This document shows positions 21,106 to 33,504 of a DNA stretch of 64,000 bases, piece after piece. Each line of letters opens with the position of its first letter. Within the stretch, counting starts at the first letter, position 1. This DNA is from an uncultured delta proteobacterium (GTDB taxonomy: Bacteria; Desulfobacterota; Syntrophobacteria; Syntrophobacterales; Syntrophobacteraceae). The translations under genes were made by a program, and so were the position numbers. Below the pieces are notes generated by a model. That model searched no databases and was not told the DNA's origin. It saw only the letters and a list, made by a program, of their open reading frames with translations. The stretch lies in assembly GCA_963808625.1 (NCBI GenBank), contig CAWEHK010000036.1, positions 1 through 64,000 of the forward strand, in the 5' to 3' direction.

Positions 21106-21871
21106 ATGGTGAAGAAGGCTTTGTGGCTCGTGTTGTTGGTGGGTGCGTTACTGTTGGTCGGGAACGTTGCTTCCAGTATCGCGGAGGAAAAAGTCATCAT
21201 TAATGGCATCGATGCGAATTTTCCTCCTTTTGCCTTTGTCGATAAAACCGGAAAGCCGGACGGTTTCGATGTCGCCGTGGTTGACTGGATTGCCAAGGAC
21301 AAGGGGTTCAAGGTTGAGCATCAGCCGATGGATTGGGATGGCATCATTCCCAGCCTCAATGCCAAAAAGATCGACATGATCGCCTCCGGCATGAGCATCA
21401 GCGACGCCCGCAAGGAACAGGTCAATTTTTCCGATTCCTTATTGGAAGATCGTCCAGGTGCTGGTGGCAAAAGCCGAGCCCGCCGTGACTCCGGAAGCGG
21501 CCATGAAGGATGGCAACAAAATCGGGGTGCAGCGGGGGACTACGGAAGCCAAATGGATTGAAGAGAACCTGATCAAGAAGCAGGGCAAGAAATTTGAGCT
21601 GGTCTACTATGATTCGGCGCCCCTTGCGGTTGAAGACGTGGTGAACGGCCGCATCGTGGCAGCCGCCATGGATGATGCTCCGGCCAAGGATGCCGTCAAC
21701 AAGAAGAAAGCCGTGAAGATCATCGGCGGATTCGGCATGCCGGATGAGACGTTCGGTTACGCGTTCCGCAAAGAGGATACCGAGCTCCTCAACAACTTCA
21801 ATGAAGGCCTGAAGAAGATCATGGCGTCTCCCGCGTGGGAGGAATTGAAGAAGAAATATGAATGTAGATAG
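21106..21871 (+). CDS. Polar amino-acid ABC transporter substrate-binding protein (frameshift near 21440)
   Basis: FPPFAF..GFDV, WDGIIPSL..KIDMIASGMSI, GVQRGTT. Confidence 0.85.
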
Positions 21872-22010
21872 CCGGCAATTCTGGTTTCGTTCATGCGCTG
21901 ACTCGGGCCTGGAAGGCATCGCGGAGAATGGTCCTGTGCCTTCCAGTTTCTTTCTTTGTGAGCCGACTGGCTGCTTGAATGCACGTTAGTGCAACTAGCA
22001 TCTGGAAGTG

Positions 22011-22684
22011 ATGCCAGAAGGTCTGACCGCCGTCATCAATGCCTTCCCCTATATGCTGGGAGGCTCCTGGTAACGATCATGGTCGTGCTCGGGGCGATGG
22101 GCCTCGGCCTCGTCCTGGGGGTGCCTCTGGCGGTTGGCCAGGTCTACGGCAACCCCATCTTCCGGCGCTTGATCGGGATCTATGTGTGGTTCTTTCGGGG
22201 CGTTCCCCTTCTGGTGCTGCTGTTCCTTTTCTATTTCGGCCTGTTCTCACATGCTGGACATCAATCTTTCTGCCTTTGCTGCGGCCGTGATCGTCCTGGG
22301 GCTCATCAGCGCCGCCTACCAGTCCCAGATCTTTCGGGGGGCGATCCTTTCCCTGCCGGAAGGGCAGTTGAGGCGGCCAGAGCGCTCGGCATGAGTGACG
22401 CGAACGCGATCTTTTTATTATCCTGCCGCAAGCGTTGCGCCTTTCCATCCCAGGCTGGTCCAACGAGTATTCCATCATCTTGAAGGATTCGGCCGTGACC
22501 TATGCCCTCGGCGTGGCGGAAGTCATGGCTCGAACGCATTTCGTGGCGTCGCGAACCTATCAGCATCTGCCGCTTTACATACGGCAGGGCTGATCTACTT
22601 GGTCCTGACCTACCTGGGCACCAGGCCCTGCGTGTGCTGGAGGAGAAGGTGAGAATCCCGGGTACCTCACCATTAAGGTCATGA
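22011..22684 (+). CDS. Polar amino-acid ABC transporter permease (several frameshifts)
   Basis: YVWFFRGVPLLVLLF, SAAYQSQIFRGAI, EAARALGM fragments. Confidence 0.8.
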
Positions 22685-23448
22685 CAAGAAGAAACCAGTC
22701 ACCAGAACCCATATTGAGAATTGAAAACATCAGAAGAGATTCGGGCCAAGAGAAGTCGTCAAAGGGGTTTCGCTGTCCATAACAAGGGGGAGATCAAGGT
22801 CCTGATCGGCCCTTCGGGGGCGGGAAAGAGCACCCTGCTGCAGTGCATCAATTTCCTGGTTACCCTGAGGAGGGCGGGATCTGGCTGGAAGGCGGAAGGA
22901 AATCCACCATCGCAAAGAAAGAGCTCTACGAGTACCGCCAGCAGGTGGGGATGATCTTTCAGGACTTCAATCTCTTCGATCACCTGACGGCTCTGGAGAA
23001 TATCACCATCGCCCTGGTGCGGGTCAAAGGGATGAGCAAGAAGGAGGCCCGGGAGAGGGCCGTGGCGGAACTGGAGCGGGTGGGCTCAGGGAGCACATCC
23101 ATCAATATCCGGCCCAGCTTTCGGGCGGGCAGAAACAGAGAGTCTCCATTGCCCGGGCCCTGGCCATGGACCCCAAGGTCATGCTCCTCGATGAGCCCAC
23201 CTCTGCCCTGGATCCGGAATTGATCGGCGAGGTGCTTGCGGTCATTCGGGACTCGTTGCCAACGGCATGACCATGATCATGGCCACGCACCAGATCGGAT
23301 TTTCCAGTGCCCTGGCGGACGAGATCGTTTTCATGGAGGATGGCCTGATCATGGAACAGGGCACCCCTGCAAAGATCCTGTCGCGATGCCGAGTGTGCGC
23401 GCACCAGGGAATTTTGCTCCAAGATTACCGAGCTCTATGGGGATGATA
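22681..23448 (+). CDS. Polar amino-acid ABC transporter ATP-binding protein (several frameshifts; end approximate)
   Basis: [35 protein letters not shown] fragments. Confidence 0.8.
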
Positions 23449-23485
23449 GTTGATAGTTGATGGTTGATAGTTGATGGTTGATGGG
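23440..23485. repeat. 7-mer tandem tract (GTTGATA/GTTGATG)
   Basis: gatagttgatagttgatggttgatagttgatggttgatgg. Confidence 0.85.
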
Positions 23486-23538
23486 GGATGAGCGATGGCA
23501 TGCTGTGGGGATGACAATTGCCGGGGATGTCAGGATAG

Positions 23539-24208
23539 ATGGAACAACTGATTTTTATCCAGCAGGACGTCCTGCCCGCTTTCCTCAAAGGGCTTCAAGT
23601 CAGCATGCTGCTGATCGTGCCGTCGGCCTTTGCGGCTTGTGCTCGGGGTTTTGGCCGGAGCGCTGCGGGTCTACGGCAGCCGCCTTGGTTGCTGGCCGAC
23701 CGATGCCTATGTCGTGCTGTTTCGCGGGATTCCCGCTGGTGGTCCAGCTCTTTATCTGGTATTTCGGGCTGCCCCACATCGGAATTTATCTGACTCCCTT
23801 TGCGGCTTCTGTCCTGGGCTTTTCCCTTTGCAGCGCGGCCTATCATTCGGAATATGTGCGCGGCGCTTTCCTTTCCATCAAGAAAGGGCAGAGGCTGGCG
23901 GCTCAGGCCCTGGGGTTTACGAAACTGGAAATGTGATCCGTCATCTTGCCCCAGGCCTTCGCCGCGCCCTCCCCGGGTGCGGCAACGAAATCATCTATCT
24001 CATCAAGTATTCGTCTCTCGCGTACATGATCACCTGCATCGAACTGACGGGCGAAGCGAAGATGCTGGCCTCTCAGACCTTCAAATACACGGAGGTCTTT
24101 CTCACCGTGGGCGTTTTCTACCTGGTCCTGGTCTCGATTGCCAGCTGGCTTCTGCGATTGCTGGAGGAGCGCCTGACCCTTCCCGGTTTTGAACATCACA
24201 GGATGTGA
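23539..24208 (+). CDS. Polar amino-acid ABC transporter permease (frameshifts)
   Basis: FRGIP, SAAYHSEYVRGA, GNEIIYLIKYSSLA fragments. Confidence 0.8.
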
Positions 24209-24211
24209 TCC

Positions 24212-25646
24212 TTGAATCCTTCCCCCGACCACCTATGCACCCATCACTCCGGAAATTGTTGCGCGTCATTCGCGAAGCTCATCGGCGAAGCAGGCGGTCG
24301 TGACCGATCCCGACAAGCTGGAACCATTTGGCAAGGATGCACGGAGCTCTTTCATCTTCCCGACGTTCTCGTGGAGGCCGTTTCGGCGGAACAAGTTCAG
24401 CAGCTCCTGCGCCTGGCCAATGCCCATCGTTTTCCGGTGACTCCCCGTGGGCTTGGAACGGGGTTGACGGGGGGCGCCGTTCCCGCTCTCGGTGGGGTGC
24501 GTCCTCTCCCTTGCCAAGATGAATCGAATCCTCGCCATCGATCCTGAAAACCTGATCGCCGTCGTGGAGCCGGGCGTGGTCACCGGAGATCTGAGGAAAG
24601 CGGCCCAGAGCAAAGGTCTCTTTTATCCTCCCGATCCGGCGAGCATCGATACCTGTTCCATCGGGGGCAACGCCGCAACCAACGCCGGGGGGGCTTCTTG
24701 CCTCAAGTACGGAACCACGCGGAACTACATCCTGGGGCTGGAGGTGGTGCTGCCCTCGGGCGAGCAAATCAGGGCGGGAGTGCAGACGCGCAAGGGCGTG
24801 GTGGGCTACGATCTGACCCAATTGCTGGTCGGCTCCGAAGGGACCCTCGGGATTATCACGAAGCTCATTGTGAAGCTCATTCCCTTGCCTCCTGCGGTCA
24901 CGACGCTGGTGGCCCTATTTCCCGATCTGCCGTCGGCGATGAGGGCGGTGTCGGCCCTTTTGACTCGGGCCATCTCCCCTCGGCCATGGAATTCATGGAC
25001 CACCAGTGCCTGGAACTGGTAGGGGATCTCCTGCCCTTCGAAGGCGTTCAGGAAAGCAAGGCGTTCCTGCTGGTTGAAACCGACGGGGCTCCGGGAGTGA
25101 TTGGCAGGAAATCGAACAGATGGGGGAAATCTGCCTGGAGCACGAAGCGGTGAACGTGTTCCTTGCTCCGGACTCCCACAGGCGGGCTCAGATGTGGGAG
25201 GTTCGCCGGCAGGTTCCCTCCGTATCGAAGAGCAGTCGCCCGTCTACATCCCTGAAGACGTCGTGGTTCCCATCGGCCGCATCGCCGAGTTCGTCGGCAA
25301 TCTCCCCGAACTGGCCGAAGCCTTTGGCATGAAGATCTATTCCTTCGGGCATGCAGGAGATGGGAACATCCATCTGAACATCACCGCCGGGAGCCGCGAT
25401 GACCTTCCTCGCATCGAAGAGGGCATAGAGGCCGTCCTGAAACTGGTTCTTGCCATGGGCGGCACGATCTCCGGGGAGCACGGCATCGGTTTTGCGAAGA
25501 AACACCTGCTGCCGCTCGAACTCTCCCCCGAGAGCATCCGCCTGCAGCAGGAAATCAAGCGTGTCTTCGACCCCAATTTGATCTTAAATCCCGGCAAGAT
25601 TTTTGAGTGGCAGTGGAATGGAGTGAACAGTGAAAGTGAAAAGTAA
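24212..25646 (+). CDS. FAD-linked oxidase, GlcD/D-lactate dehydrogenase family (frameshifts)
   Basis: PRGLGTGLTGGA, YPPDPAS..SIGGNAATNAGG, GSEGTLG, GHAGDGNIH, SGEHGIG, LNPGKIF. Confidence 0.85.
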
Positions 25647-25786
25647 AGAATGGCTAAAGGCTGGTGATTAGTGGCTAGTCGAGCGTTGGTGATTGGGAGC
25701 TTGATTTCCTGAACGCTAGCATTCGCTGTGCCTTGCTCTTCTGCTACTGATCACTTTTCACTGATTCACTCTCCATCAGGAGCATC

Positions 25787-27005
25787 CATGACTTCTCAAC
25801 GTTCCGCCCTGGTGGCGTCCGGCAAGGTTTATCGAAACCCGTGGCATCAGCCGCCGAGTGGCGCAGATTACCATTTCCGCCATCAAGGAGATGCCGCTCA
25901 TTGCCAGCAAGGTGGGAGGGTGCGTGTCGCTGGGCCAGGGCATTCCTTCGTTTCCCACCCCTCCGCATATTGTTGATGCCGTGTGCCGGATGATGCGAGA
26001 CGACCCGGACGCGGAAAGTACACCCTGGGTCCCGGCATGCCCGCGCTGCGTCAGGCGATGGCGCGTCATCTGAGCGGGCAAATTGGGCGGCCGGTCGATC
26101 CGGACAGCGAAATCTGCGTCACCGTGGGCGCCATGGAAGCCCTGTCCGGCAGCGATCCTCACGGTGGTGGACCGCGGCGACGAAGTGATCCTGCCGTCCC
26201 CCAATTACGCTTCCCACATCGAACAGGTGCTCTTGGCCGAAGGGGTGCCGGTTTTTGTACCGCTGCATAAGCGACTGGCAGCTGGATGTGGACGGCATTC
26301 GCCGGGCCATCACTCCAGAACGAGGCGATCATTCTGTGCAACCCCCACAACCCCACCGGGGCCAATTTCTCCGAAGCGGATTTACGCGGTGGCGGAATTG
26401 GCCATCGCCACGATCTGTTGGTCATCTGCGACGAAACCTATGATTTCCTGGTCTATGACGGGCGGTCGCATTTCAGCCTCATGAGCCTTCCCGGAACTGC
26501 GAGAGAGGATCATCGCCACCTTCAGCTTTTCCAAGAAATATGCCATGACCGGCTGGCGGGTGGGATATGTCTATGCGGCCGAAGGGATTCTCGATCAGAT
26601 CATGAAGATCCACGATGCGGTGGCCATCTGCGCTCCGACCCTTTCGCAGTATGCGGCCCTGGCCGCCCTGCAGGGTCCTCAGGATTGCGTGGCGGAAATC
26701 CGGACAGCCCTGCAGCAGCGCCGCGACCTGACCTGCGGCCGCCTGGATGTTCGACGGTTCTTCGATTACGTCAAGCCGCACGGCGCGTATTACCTCATGG
26801 CCCGCTACAAGATCCGGACGTGGATTCCATGAACTTCGCCCTGCGCCTGCTTCACGAGGCCCGCGTCATCACCATCCCCGGCGCCGCTTTCGGCCCGACC
26901 GGGGAAAACCACATTCGCATGTCGTTCGGCGGTACCGAATCGGAGATCAACGAAGCTTTCGACCGCATCGAACAGTGGTTGCACACCCATCGAGGCACCG
27001 CATAA
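25787..27005 (+). CDS. PLP-dependent aminotransferase class I/II (frameshifts; start approximate)
   Basis: LGQGIP, NPHNPTG, DETYD, SFSKKYAMTGWRVG, PGAAFG fragments. Confidence 0.85.
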
Positions 27006-27053
27006 CCATTGACGTTGCGGCTTAATCCTATCGCGACCCTTGCGAATTCTCGC

Positions 27054-27085
27054 TTGACATGTCGTACGTTGTCGCGTACTAGAAT
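27054..27085 (+). promoter_or_regulatory. Putative promoter/operator of the YefM-YoeB module
   Basis: TTGACA at 27054; GTACG-N6-CGTAC palindrome in the spacer. Confidence 0.5.
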
Positions 27086-27113
27086 GATATCACGCTCAAG
27101 ACGGAGGAATGAC

Positions 27114-27356
27114 ATGGCTACCCTTACCGCCAGTGAGGCTCGAACGAAGCTATATCGTCTCATCGACGAGGCCGCCGCCTCGCATGAGCCGGTGCTTATT
27201 ACCGGCAAGCGCACCAATGCTGTCCTGGTCTCGGAGGAGGACTGGCGAGCTATCCAGGAGACGGTGTATCTGCTCTCGATTCCTGGTATGCGGGAGTCGA
27301 TCAGAGAAGGGCTGAATACCCCGATCGCGGAATGTGCGAAGGACCTCGATTGGTGA
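27114..27356 (+). CDS. yefM: Phd/YefM family antitoxin
   Basis: ASEARTKLYRLID..HEPVLITGKRTNAVLVSEEDW..IQETVYL. Confidence 0.9.
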   Translation: MATLTASEARTKLYRLIDEAAASHEPVLITGKRTNAVLVSEEDWRAIQETVYLLSIPGMRESIREGLNTPIAECAKDLDW

Positions 27357-27616
27357 ACTGGCAATTTGTTTTCACCAAGCAAGCTCAGAACGATGCGAAG
27401 AAACTATCTGCTGCCGGCTTGCGGTCCAAGGCGGAAAAGCTATTGGATATCATTCAAGAAAATCCTTATCAAAACCCTCCACCCTATGAAAAATTGATCG
27501 GTGATCTGGCTGGAGCTATCTCGCGGAGAATCAACATTCAGCATCGGTTGGTCTATCAGGTCCATGAACAGGAGAAGGTGATCAAAATCATCAGAATGTG
27601 GACCCACTACGAATGA
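27353..27616 (+). CDS. yoeB: Txe/YoeB family toxin
   Basis: PPYEKLIGDLAGAISRRINIQHRLVY..MWTHYE; overlaps antitoxin stop. Confidence 0.92.
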   Translation: MNWQFVFTKQAQNDAKKLSAAGLRSKAEKLLDIIQENPYQNPPPYEKLIGDLAGAISRRINIQHRLVYQVHEQEKVIKIIRMWTHYE

Positions 27617-27732
27617 TAGAACTGCTCCGATGAAACTCGTTGCTGGGTGTTGATTTTGTCATGTGGGAAGGAATCATCATCTTTCTATCGCTTTGAAAAG
27701 GGTCTTCAGCAACCAGGGAAGGCCGCCGTTGG

Positions 27733-28080
27733 CTATGGAGTTGGTTGCAGGGCATCGGTCACGGCCTTGGGATTGCGGGCAATCACGGTGAGATAGGCGC
27801 GCGCCGCCGCATCCGGCTCTTTGCGGTTCTGTTCCCAATCCCGCAGCGTACCGAGCGGAATGTGAAAACGGGTCGCAAATTCTTCTTGGCTGAAACCAAG
27901 TGCACGGCGAATGACTTTCACCTGTGGTGTGCGTTTCATGTGCCCTTCGTTGTCAGGCATGATAGGTTGTGCGTTGGGATCGCTCAAAGCAGCAGCATGG
28001 CGTTGCGCTTCGGTCATCGCGTCGAAGCGCTTCCAGTCGTGCTTAGTAGAAATTTTCTTCGTGGTATCTGCGTTTTTCAT
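27733..28080 (-). CDS. XRE helix-turn-helix antitoxin
   Basis: IRRALGFSQEEFA..GTLRDWEQNRKEPD; follows BrnT-like gene. Confidence 0.85.
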   Translation of the reverse strand: MKNADTTKKISTKHDWKRFDAMTEAQRHAAALSDPNAQPIMPDNEGHMKRTPQVKVIRRALGFSQEEFATRFHIPLGTLRDWEQNRKEPDAAARAYLTVIARNPKAVTDALQPTP

Positions 28081-28329
28081 AGGGCTCCGCTCCTCGGGCC
28101 GAAATAATGCGGATCGTGTCCCCTCTCATAGTATAGGCGACATACAACAGGCGGTCTTCCACCATACCGATGACGGCATACCGGTCTTCGCCGTAGGCAT
28201 GCGCTCATCGAGCCAATCGATGGCAAAAGCGTCTTTGAACACGTCCCTCGCCGCTTCAAATCTGACGCCATGAGCGGCATAATTCTCGGCAGCCTTGATT
28301 TCGTCCCATTCAAAAGCATCATCGTTCAA
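28043..28329 (-). CDS. BrnT/DUF497 family toxin (frameshift near 28200)
   Basis: FEWDEIKAAENYAAHGVRFEAA then GEDRYAVIG..IRIISARGA in a second frame. Confidence 0.85.
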
Positions 28330-28762
28330 AGACTATACTGCTTAGCCGTAGTATTGTCAATCGTCAAGCCTAAATTCAACAGCATTGGCTCCCGGACGCC
28401 CGTATCTCCGGCGCCGTTTCGAAGCTGGCGGCCATTCGGGCTGTCATGATATCCCCCGAAGTGCATCAAACCGCAAAATCGTCCCTACGAGGAGGGATGA
28501 TATTGCAGAAAATCGTCCTCATGAAGAGTGACAATCCCAAATGATGTTTTATCAATGGCAGCGAGTGGACCTGTGCGATAAATACGGAACGGTGATTTTG
28601 GCCTTATGCAGGCTTGCTTGGGATAAAAATCCTTTGATTTTTCAGACCATTGGTTGTAAACATACCCGAAGTGCCTTCTCCTCCCTTACAAACGACACAA
28701 AAGGTCAAGGCCTATGGAAGAACTCAGAACCATCCCTGCCAAACACTTCACGGGAGGTTTCC

Positions 28763-29479
28763 GTGCGTATCTCCATGAGGCAAGAAGCCCTCGAACTGAC
28801 ATTCAGGATGCTTTTGAGTTGTCAGTGTCCTCTCACCGATGAACAGGAGCGGGCGCTTTTCGACCGCCTTGCTGCACTGAAACCTGGCGACACCATCGAT
28901 TGCAGTGAGCTGCTTTCAATTTTCAAACCCAACGAGAATACCCCCATCCAACGCCTGGTGCATTTCAGCGTGTGGATGGCGCCGGCAGGCTCCAAGGAAA
29001 TGGTCATTGAGCGCGAGCATGTCTTGCGTCATTTCGCCTCAAGTTATCACTGGGATCATGTCGTTGCTCCAAATCTGCCTGCGGCATACAAGAAAGTGGT
29101 GTCGATCCCGACATGGTTCATCAGCCACATGTTGCTGCCAGTAGCTCTTGAGAGAACGGGCAATGGCGAACTGAACGGCATATATCGCTTCGGGGATGGT
29201 GAAATCAGGTTGAAAAACCTTTTCATCGCTCCGGAGCTTGCCGACCTCAATGCAGGGATCTGGGGCGTACACTTCGCCTCGGTGATTACCCCGCTTTCAT
29301 CTGATGAAGCGGCACTGGTGCAAATGCTCGGGGATACCAATCCTTTGCTCGCAGAATTCAGGCGGGAGATTTCCACGATCGATTACTTGAACTTCGAGCG
29401 GTACGGGGATTACAGAGCCATTTGCATTGAGCGCCATGCCGCATACTGGCGCGGAACTTCCGGATTCTCTACTGGTTGA
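28763..29479 (+). CDS. Hypothetical protein
   Basis: Long open frame, GGGAGG RBS before GTG 28763; no family recognised. Confidence 0.65.
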   Translation: MRISMRQEALELTFRMLLSCQCPLTDEQERALFDRLAALKPGDTIDCSELLSIFKPNENTPIQRLVHFSVWMAPAGSKEMVIEREHVLRHFASSYHWDHVVAPNLPAAYKKVVSIPTWFISHMLLPVALERTGNGELNGIYRFGDGEIRLKNLFIAPELADLNAGIWGVHFASVITPLSSDEAALVQMLGDTNPLLAEFRREISTIDYLNFERYGDYRAICIERHAAYWRGTSGFSTG

Positions 29480-29686
29480 TGCCTGGTTGTAGATGTCAGA
29501 ATTGGACACTTCAAACCGGCCAGAGTTCAGTAAAAATAGTGCGGAACTCCTCTTCCATGAGCAAACTTACTGAAAATGCAGGTCAGGAACGAGCCAAGCA
29601 GCCCTGACTTGCGTGACCATATGATCGATGAAAATGTCTGGCTAAAGCAAACCGTGATAAGAGCACCAGATGACGGGGAGGAGAGA

Positions 29687-29902
29687 ATGAAACCACCTCG
29701 ATTATGCGCACTCTTTTTGCTGACCCTCCTGGCTGTTTTGACCACCCGCATCCGTCCATCATCCGCAGATACAGGTCCAAACGATATTACTACTCTGATC
29801 GAAGACCCCTTCGATCACTCCGCACTTGGCAATAGAACACCTGTGATCCTAGTACCGGGGATTCACTGCAACCAGATGAAGGTAGTGATTTCAGTGAGTT
29901 GA
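29687..29902 (+). pseudogene. N-terminal fragment of a secreted alpha/beta-hydrolase-like protein
   Basis: RBS, signal peptide, TPVILVPGIH, then early stop. Confidence 0.4.
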
Positions 29903-30183
29903 AGACGGTGGAAAATCTCTGCCCGTAATTCCGAAAAGGGAAAGAGAAATGCCTTGCTGTTCTCCACCTGGGCAGAAACAATCCAACCAGTAGACATGAG
30001 TCGCGACGATGCCCTCTATGTCCCTAACATGTATATTCCTGATAAGCACCGCAGAACAACGTGAGGAACAGGGCGCATGAGTCACCTTATCGTTCTCTTA
30101 CAGCATCGCAGCGTTTGACCTGGTTTCGGCCACAGGACCTTTAGCGGTGAATTGTAGAACACAGTATTCGATAGTCAAGACTA

Positions 30184-32069
30184 ATGGAGCTCGTCATGAA
30201 CCAAAATGCGCAGGCAAGGCTTGAGTGGTTATTTTATCTTATCATGACCGGGATTCTGTTGACCGGCTGCACGACAGTTCAAGTATTACCAGCCCGTCAT
30301 ATTGAACGTCATCATATTGAAGGGATCCCTTTCTCCCTTAACCCTCCTCCATCCGATGGGCCTTGGCTAGAATTGGCGAAAAACAATAAAGAAATCCTCG
30401 AAAGTGAGAGACATACTGAAGAAAGAGAATACTATCCATCACACGGCAAGGGGCCTTCAGATGACCTGCGCCCCCAAACCGGGCTGGCACTTTCCGGTGG
30501 TGGAATGCGGTCCGCTGCGTTTGCCATCGGCGTGATGTCCGGCCTGGCGAAGAAACATCCCAGCACTTTTAAGAGCATTGACATCATGTCATCAGTATCC
30601 GGAGGCAGTTATGCGTTGTCCTGGTATTACATGCAACAGATTACATGGATCTGCATGAGTGTCTGAAAAAGCAGTGCGGGGCTGATCAAAAATGCGAACC
30701 TGGCGCGCTGTGTGAAGCTTGTCCCTCGAAGTTGCTCGACCCGAAGGGTCTGTTTCAAAGACGCCTGGCAGAACACGGGGGATTGACGGGTAGTATGCGC
30801 GGTGGCATATGGAGTGGTTTCGATTTGTTGGGAAGCCCCCTGAACTTTATCTTCAATGGGCTGTTCGGCACGCACACCAACACGACGCCGTCACGCAGAT
30901 GGTACCAGCAGCGGATCGAGCAAACGTTCCACCGTATTCCTGATGGTGCATGCGGTGACACCACCAATGGATGTCGACCTGATTGTATTTCAGACTGGCC
31001 CACCGTAGGTATCAGGGACGATAACGCCACGTTTCCTCACCTTGCATCCTTCATCTTGAAACGAGAACTGCCATTTCCTATCATCAACGCGACGGTGCAG
31101 ATCGATGACGACAAGTGGCATCATGGTGCAAAGATGTCCAACTCCGTTTTCGAGTTCACGCCGCTTCGGCTGGGTTCATCGGGCTTTGGCTTTAGCGAGT
31201 GGAAGAAATTCGAGGAAAAGACCCAGACCAGTGCGATGAATGTTGCCCAAGCAGTAGCGATCTCCAGCGCTGCCGTAGACGGTGCCGTCGTCCCAGGAGC
31301 TCCCCAAAAGGTTCTGTGGTCAATGCTCAACTGGGACCATGGGTTTTACCTGCCGAACTATAACGAGGAACCAGACATTAGAGAAAAGAATGAGAGGAAC
31401 AACTTAATACCGTTTCCTTTCTATTTCTGGAGTGGTCACTATGTCAAGGACAAGGACGGTTCCAAATTGTACTTGTCCGACGGCGGTCATATGGAAAATC
31501 TTGGTCTTTTTTCTTTAGTCCGTAGGCTCCCGAAGCATATTATCATTGTGGATGCCGAACAGGACTGCAACAAAGATACAAACGGATACGTATTCGATGC
31601 ATATGAGAAGGTAAGAGCGGCATTGAAGGCAGAGATGGGGGTGAAGTTTGCTGTTGATGAAATAGATAAAGGAAAGTTAAAAGAGGATGGACCATATAAG
31701 ACGTCCAAGAGCTGTCTCACTGGTAGAATCGGTTATTTTCCTTATATGTCCACAAAACCAGATAATGCTTCTATTGAGGTTAATTATATCAAATTATCGA
31801 TCGATGAGGAACATTTGTCCCAGTATCCGGAATCCGTCCGCTCCTATTTTGATAAGAGCAAGCATAATATTTTTCATAGGAGTGGAGTGAAGGATTATTA
31901 TTGCACGAGCCCCAGAATCAGTGCATTCTCAAAATGCACCTTCCCCCAAGAAACAACGACTGATCAATCTTATGAGGAAGAACAATTCAATGCCTATCGC
32001 GACTTGGGGCAATGGATTGTGGAACATCAGTGTGATTTCCAATCGCGCAGCGAGGAAGAGCAGAGCTAG
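30184..32069 (+). CDS. Patatin/cPLA2-like phospholipase, lipoprotein (frameshift near 30640)
   Basis: LLTGC lipobox, GLALSGGGMRSA, SSVSGGS, YLSDGGHMENLG, FPQETTTDQ. Confidence 0.8.
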
Positions 32070-32129
32070 CTTCGTTCATTGGGTGCCTTGTGCGGAGGCA
32101 CTCTCGCAATCTTTCAGTAACCACGACGC

Positions 32130-33463
32130 TTCGAGCGTGGCGTCCGGTAGCTTGGGCGACGGATCATTCCCGTGGACGGTCCCCAAGAACCTGGTATCAT
32201 ACGGCAGCGACTACCGGATCAGAGTGACGAGCAATGAGAATCCCTCTTACACCGACATCAGCGACAAGGCGTTTACCATCAGCGGGCCGACGCTGGACGT
32301 CACCGCTCCGGACGGTGGGGAGACCTGGGCAAGGGGGACCCAGCAGACCATCACCTGGACCTACACTGAAAATCCTAGAGGAAACGTCAAGATCCAGCTA
32401 TTGAAGGCCGGTGTGTGGCGAGAACCATCACCACAGGCGCTCCAATCGGCACGGGAGGACAGGGTTCTTATCTTTGGACCATCCCGAGCGATCTCGGCGT
32501 CCGATCGGACTACCAGATCAAGATTACCCATAACTCCATTAAGGGTTGCGCCGCCACAAGCGCCGGTAATTTCAGCATCACCAAGGCAGCGCTTATGGCT
32601 TCGGCCGGACCCGATCAGAAGGTGGAAGAGGCAGCGAAGGTAAGGCTCAGCGGCGCCAATTCGACGGGATTTGCAAAGGGGACGGCCACTTTCCTCTGGC
32701 AGCAGTTGGATGGGCCGCAAACCAGACTCTCCAACCCGGCAGCGGTTGCGCCGGTGTTCACAGCGCCCGAGGCCGGTGTGGATGGCGCGTCCTTGACGTT
32801 CCAGTTGACCGTAACCGGGGAAGATGGGGTGCAAGCGGACGATTCCTGTATCGTCAACGTAACGCCGGCGAATATGCCGCCAACCGCTGAGGCGGGTCCC
32901 ACCCAAACGGTGGCCGGCGAGGAATTGGTGATGCTCGATGGGTCGGGTTCCTTCGACCCTGACGATGGTCTCGCCATGTACTCCTGGAAGCAGATTGGCG
33001 GGCCGCCGGTGACCCTCTCCGATCCGGGCGCCATCCGGCCCGCCTTCACCGCTCCCGAGGTTGGGGTGGACGGAGAATCACTCACCTTCCAACTCACCGT
33101 CACGGATCAAGGGGGACTGCGCGCCAGGGATGCCTGTATCGTCAACGTGACGTGGGTGAACCATCCGCCCAAGGCCGACGCGGGACCGGATATGGTGATC
33201 CAGCCGGGAGCTGTAGTGGTGTTGGATGGCTCACAATCCTCGACGCCGATGGGAATATCGTTTCGTACCGCTGGTCGCAGTTGGCCGGGCAACCAGTGAA
33301 CCTCTCCGACCCGACTGCCGCTCAAACGAGCTTCATGGCGCCTTCATCCAGCGGTGAGGCTGAGGAACTGGTATTCCAGTTGCTGGTGACCGACTCGGGA
33401 GGCTTGCAGGATAAACAGAAAGTTGTGGTCACCATCACCGGGGGCTCCACGGACGGAGCTTGA
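32130..33463 (+). pseudogene. C-terminal part of a surface protein with Ig-like (Kre9/GPI-anchored-like) and three PKD/K319L-like repeats; 5' end missing
   Basis: VTAPDGGETWARGTQQTITW; repeated A.AGPDQ.V..LDGS.S..Y.W.Q..GP.V.LS..FTAP..LTFQLTVTD. Confidence 0.7.
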
Positions 33464-33504
33464 ATAGGGTTTATCCGGAAAGCCACTGTTCGAATGAGAC
33501 GAGC

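Noticed and set aside
28375..28435. Possible attC site upstream of the BrnT gene (CGGACGCC..GGCGCCG)
   Set aside because: No GTT R' core and weak L boxes
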